Shown: in pieces, positions 60,901-64,000 of the stretch
Numbering within the stretch: position 1 is the stretch's first letter
Layout of the letters: every line of letters starts with the position of its first letter
NCBI GenBank assembly: GCA_002269645.1
Contig: NIVC01000045.1
Location: 124,001-188,000, forward strand
Reading direction: 5' to 3'
Origin: Macrostomum lignano
Taxonomy: Eukaryota
Length of the DNA: 64,000 nt
Made by a program: the position numbers and the translations under genes
The notes under the pieces: model-generated
What the model saw: the letters and a program-made list of their open reading frames with translations, nothing else
The model's database searches: none
Told to the model about the DNA's origin: nothing

Positions 60901-63823
60901 ACAGTGGCTTATTATACTACTGATATGAATGGAACATATTAGAGATTCCAAATTCAAAATTTAATGCTTCACCCGTTTTCGCTCTAGCTTAGCTAGCACT
61001 ACCGATATGTATCGAAATTTATAAATTAATGTTACTCAGATTTAAACTCGTTTAGTCGTTAACTCGTTTCCTCAACACATATCTAGGATATGTTGCCTAA
61101 GATTAGCTGAACTACCGATATGTATCGAAATGTATATATTTCCTAAATTTATATCTAGGATATGCTGCCTAACTAAGATTAGCTAGGCTACCGATATGTA
61201 TCGAAATAACCTTTTCTAACGATTCTGAAAAATTATGCAGGCAAAACAGCTGCGCCAGTGGTTACCCCTGACGTCGGTGCTGGCCCAGCTATCGGGGTCT
61301 CCGGCTCTGCGGTCCCGCATCGTTCAGGCTCCGTTTCTGTCATTTCTTGGCCAGCTGCTCAGCCACTGTCAGGCTCTGGACTGTCACAAGACTGTTGTTG
61401 AACCGGCTGTGAGCCACGAAGAAGTCATCACTACCGCTTTGACTATCGCAGAATCTCTGGTGCTGCATCCCAACTTGCTGGTTGGCTGCGGCGAATTGGT
61501 TGCTAAGCAACTGTTGCCACCGCTGGGCGGTCTCATTGGCAGCAGTGTTGTTGAGACTAGGGTGAGCTTCTTCTGCTGCTGCCTCATTGAAGCTTCCGCC
61601 CCCTCCCATCAAGCTTTCGCCCCCTCCCATCAAGCTTCCGCCCCCTCCCATCAAGCTTCCGCCCCCTCCCCATGAAGCTTCCGCCCCCTTCCTATGAAGC
61701 TTCCGCCCCCTTCCTATGAAGCTTCCGCCCCCTTCCTATGAAGCTTCCGCCCCCTTCCTATGAAGCCTCCGCCCCTTCCTATGAAGCTTCCGCCCCCTTC
61801 CTATGAAGCCTCCGCCCCTTCCTATGAAGCTTCCGCCCCCTTCCTATGAAGCTTCCGCCCCCTTCCTATGAAGCTTCCGCCCCCTTCCTATGAAGCTTCC
61901 GCCCCCTTCCTATGAAGCCTCCGCCCCTTCCTATGAAGCTTCCGCCCCCTTCCTATGAAGCTTCCGCCCCCTTCCTATGAAGCTTCCGCCCCTTCCTATG
62001 AAGCTTCCGCCCCTTTCCATAAAGCTTCATCCCCCTTGCTATGAAGCTTCATCCCCTCATAAAGCTTCCGCCCCCTCTCATGAAGCTTCCGCTTCATCCC
62101 CATTAAACTTTCCGCTTCCTTCCTCTAAAGCTTCATCCCCTCATGAAGCTTCCGCCCTCTCCTTATGAATCTTCCGCCCCCTCATGAAGCTTCCGCTGTC
62201 TTCCTCATGAAGCTTCCGCCCCCTCCTCATGAAGCTTCCGCCCCCTCCTCATGAAGCTTCCGCCCCCTCCTCATGAAGCTTCCACCCTCTTCCTTATAAA
62301 GCTTCCACCCCTTTAAAAAACGCCTGTCATAAATAGTAACAATGTCACTTATAAAGTAGAATTTGTACTTTCATATTTTATAATTGCCAGATTTCTGTGT
62401 CACATCCACACACCCTGCTGTTCCACTTCCCCAGGTGGTCGCCATGAAAATATTCGCCGAAATGTGCTGCCACCTGCTCGCCCAAGATATCGAATCGGAA
62501 TCGGTCGCAGCTGCGATAGACGACTTGATCATTCCTCAGTCCGAGTCCCTTCTGCTCGAGGCCGAGCCGGCTCCCTGCTTTCTATTAAAGCTACTCGGCA
62601 GCTATTGCGAGGCAAAACCGTCAGCGGCCGGCATTGTTCAGCTTGCAGGTCTGCCCCAGTTGCTGTTGCAGCTGCTGGCTGATAGACAGTTTGGCTTCAC
62701 GTCTCAAACCGCTTTGAATTCGTTTCGACTTATCACGGTTGGTTTATTGATTGATTATCAGGTTGCTATGGTGTAGCTAACTGGTTGCTATGGTGTAGCT
62801 AACTGGTTGCTATGGTGTAGCTAACTGGTTGCTATGGTGTAGCTAACTGGTTGCTATGGTGTAGCTAACTGGTTGCTATGGTGTAGCTAACTGGTTGCTA
62901 TGGTGTAGCTAACTGGTTGCTATGGTGTAGCTAACTGGTTGCTATGGTGTAGCTAACTGGTTGCTATGGTGTAGCTAACTGGTTGCTATGGTGTAGCTAA
63001 CTGGTTGCTATGGTGTAGCTAACTGGCTGCTATGGTGTAGCTAACTGGTTTCTTTGGTGTAGCTAACTGTTTTCTATGGTGTAGCTAACTGGTTGCTGTG
63101 GTGTAGCTAACTGGTTGCTATGGTGTAGCTAACTGGTTGCTATGGTGTAGCTAACTGGTTGCTATGGTGTAGCTAACTGGTTGCTATGGCGTAGCTAACT
63201 GGCTGCTATGCTGTTGCTGGACTGCTCTTATATTTCAGCTTTGAACTTGATAAAAAATGCTAAAATTCTACTGAAAGTAGCTTCAAATGTACATTGTTTG
63301 CGCATAAACATCCAACCAGATTCTACTCAGCCAACGCGACTCCAAAGCTGCCAGCGCTCTGCTGCCAGACAGTGTGCCAGCTCTGGGTACCTGCTTCACC
63401 GAGCTGGCATCAGCCGCCACAGCCCCGGCCATGGACCCCGCAGCCGCGCTAGAATCGGCCACTCACCTACAAGCGGTCCTTGACCCGTCAACGCCTGTCT
63501 CAGAGTCGTGTCCGACGTTGCTCGCCGAGCATTGCAACTTCGTCGAACAATGAACAATAACACTGCTGGTAACCAAGGCAACACTGCTAACAATGCTACG
63601 GTGAATTCGACTCTGTCATCGGAGTCTTGCGCCGCTGAGGCTGAACGGCTGTTGGTGACAGTCCGACCTCTGGCTGACCTGACCGGGCCTCTAGTCCGGC
63701 TTCTCTGTCACGAGGACCCGAAGTGGACGAGCAGTCCTTGAAAGCTCTGTCGCATCTGGCTTCCCTGTTTGGTGGCGAGCACTGCGACTGGCTGGGGCCT
63801 GAGTGTCTGGATGGTTTCTCAAG
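54954..63823 (+). CDS. ULK4: ULK4 pseudokinase + ARM/HEAT region, 3' end beyond window; exons 54954..56039, 56465..57115, 58844..59248, 59799..60449, 61241..61561, 62435..62737, 63320..63823 (two apparent 1-nt deletions in the last exon)
   Basis: The N-terminus MENFVLYEDI..KGRRKGTI..EWYETTNHLWLVFELCSGG is diagnostic of ULK4 as remembered. Downstream exons join in frame at GT-AG sites and follow ULK4 (DNPRI..KFD, DSLRI.A.., GRKHPS..QAKQL, VARRALQ..EDP..GGE). The later exon boundaries are less certain. Confidence 0.9.
56140..56410 (+). repeat. 21-bp minisatellite (GACCAGCTATTAGGGATCAGA) in ULK4 intron 1
   Basis: Direct reading. Confidence 0.92.
57227..57488 (-). mobile_element. CORE-type SINE in ULK4 intron 2
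   Basis: Near full-length copy of the 16.1 kb SINE, with the tRNA-like head on the minus strand. Confidence 0.85.
57495..58752 (+). repeat. 17-bp minisatellite (TTTGATGCTTCCCTATC)n in ULK4 intron 2
   Basis: Long homogeneous array. Confidence 0.98.
59270..59700 (+). repeat. 23-bp minisatellite (ATGAAGCTTCCGCCCCTACTCTC)n in ULK4 intron 3
   Basis: Direct reading. Confidence 0.95.
60566..60808 (+). mobile_element. CORE-type SINE in ULK4 intron 4
   Basis: tRNA-like head TAGCCTTGTGGTTAGAG..GGTTCGATTCCC followed by the CORE-like body; inverted relative to the 57.2 kb copy. Confidence 0.85.
61585..62315 (+). repeat. 22-bp minisatellite (ATGAAGCTTCCGCCCCCTTCCT)n in ULK4 intron 5
   Basis: Direct reading. 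Confidence 0.95.
62760..63208 (+). repeat. 22-bp minisatellite (GGTTGCTATGGTGTAGCTAACT)n in ULK4 intron 6
   Basis: Direct reading. Confidence 0.97.
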
Positions 63824-63834
63824 GTTTGCTTTTC

Positions 63835-64000
63835 CCAAATCAGTGGTCTCAGAATCCCAAATCGATGGTCTCTCAGAATCCCAAATTGATAGGAAGTATC
63901 AGAATCCCAAATCTATGAGGTATCAGAATCCCAAATCTATGAGGTATCAGAATCCCAAATCGATGGGGTATCAGATTCTCAAATCTATGAGCTATCAGAA
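63835..64000 (+). repeat. 24-bp minisatellite (AGAATCCCAAATCTATGAGGTATC-like) in ULK4 intron 7
   Basis: Direct reading; runs to the window end. Confidence 0.85.

Noticed and set aside
57495-63208. CRISPR-like arrays
   Set aside because: The units are head-to-tail without unique spacers, lie in eukaryotic introns, and there are no cas genes.

Overview
Intron-containing animal (invertebrate) genomic DNA; the species cannot be determined from the sequence. The left 38 kb holds four tandem, same-strand paralogs of an unusual TRP-channel gene. Intact copies have about 15 N-terminal ankyrin-like repeats joined to a TRPM-like pre-S1/S1-S6/TRP-box/coiled-coil module, encoded by one ~4.2 kb exon plus one short 3' exon. 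Copy 1 is cut by the window edge, and copies 2 and 3 look intact. Copy 4 lacks the second ankyrin block, has an in-frame TGA and carries a 1037-bp solo-LTR-like insertion. The spacers contain a Ty1/copia element lacking its RT core, a Tc1/IS630-like element, tRNA-derived CORE-type SINEs, GC-rich hairpins, and an EnSpm-like element with a nested hAT MITE that carries a 28S rRNA fragment. The right part has a decayed LINE, a complete 5-exon RAB35 gene whose first intron holds nested transposons, and the 5' part of ULK4, whose introns mostly carry distinct 17-24 bp minisatellites. Exon and TE boundaries were read by eye from splice signals, TIRs and TSDs. Family calls rest on remembered motifs, not database searches.
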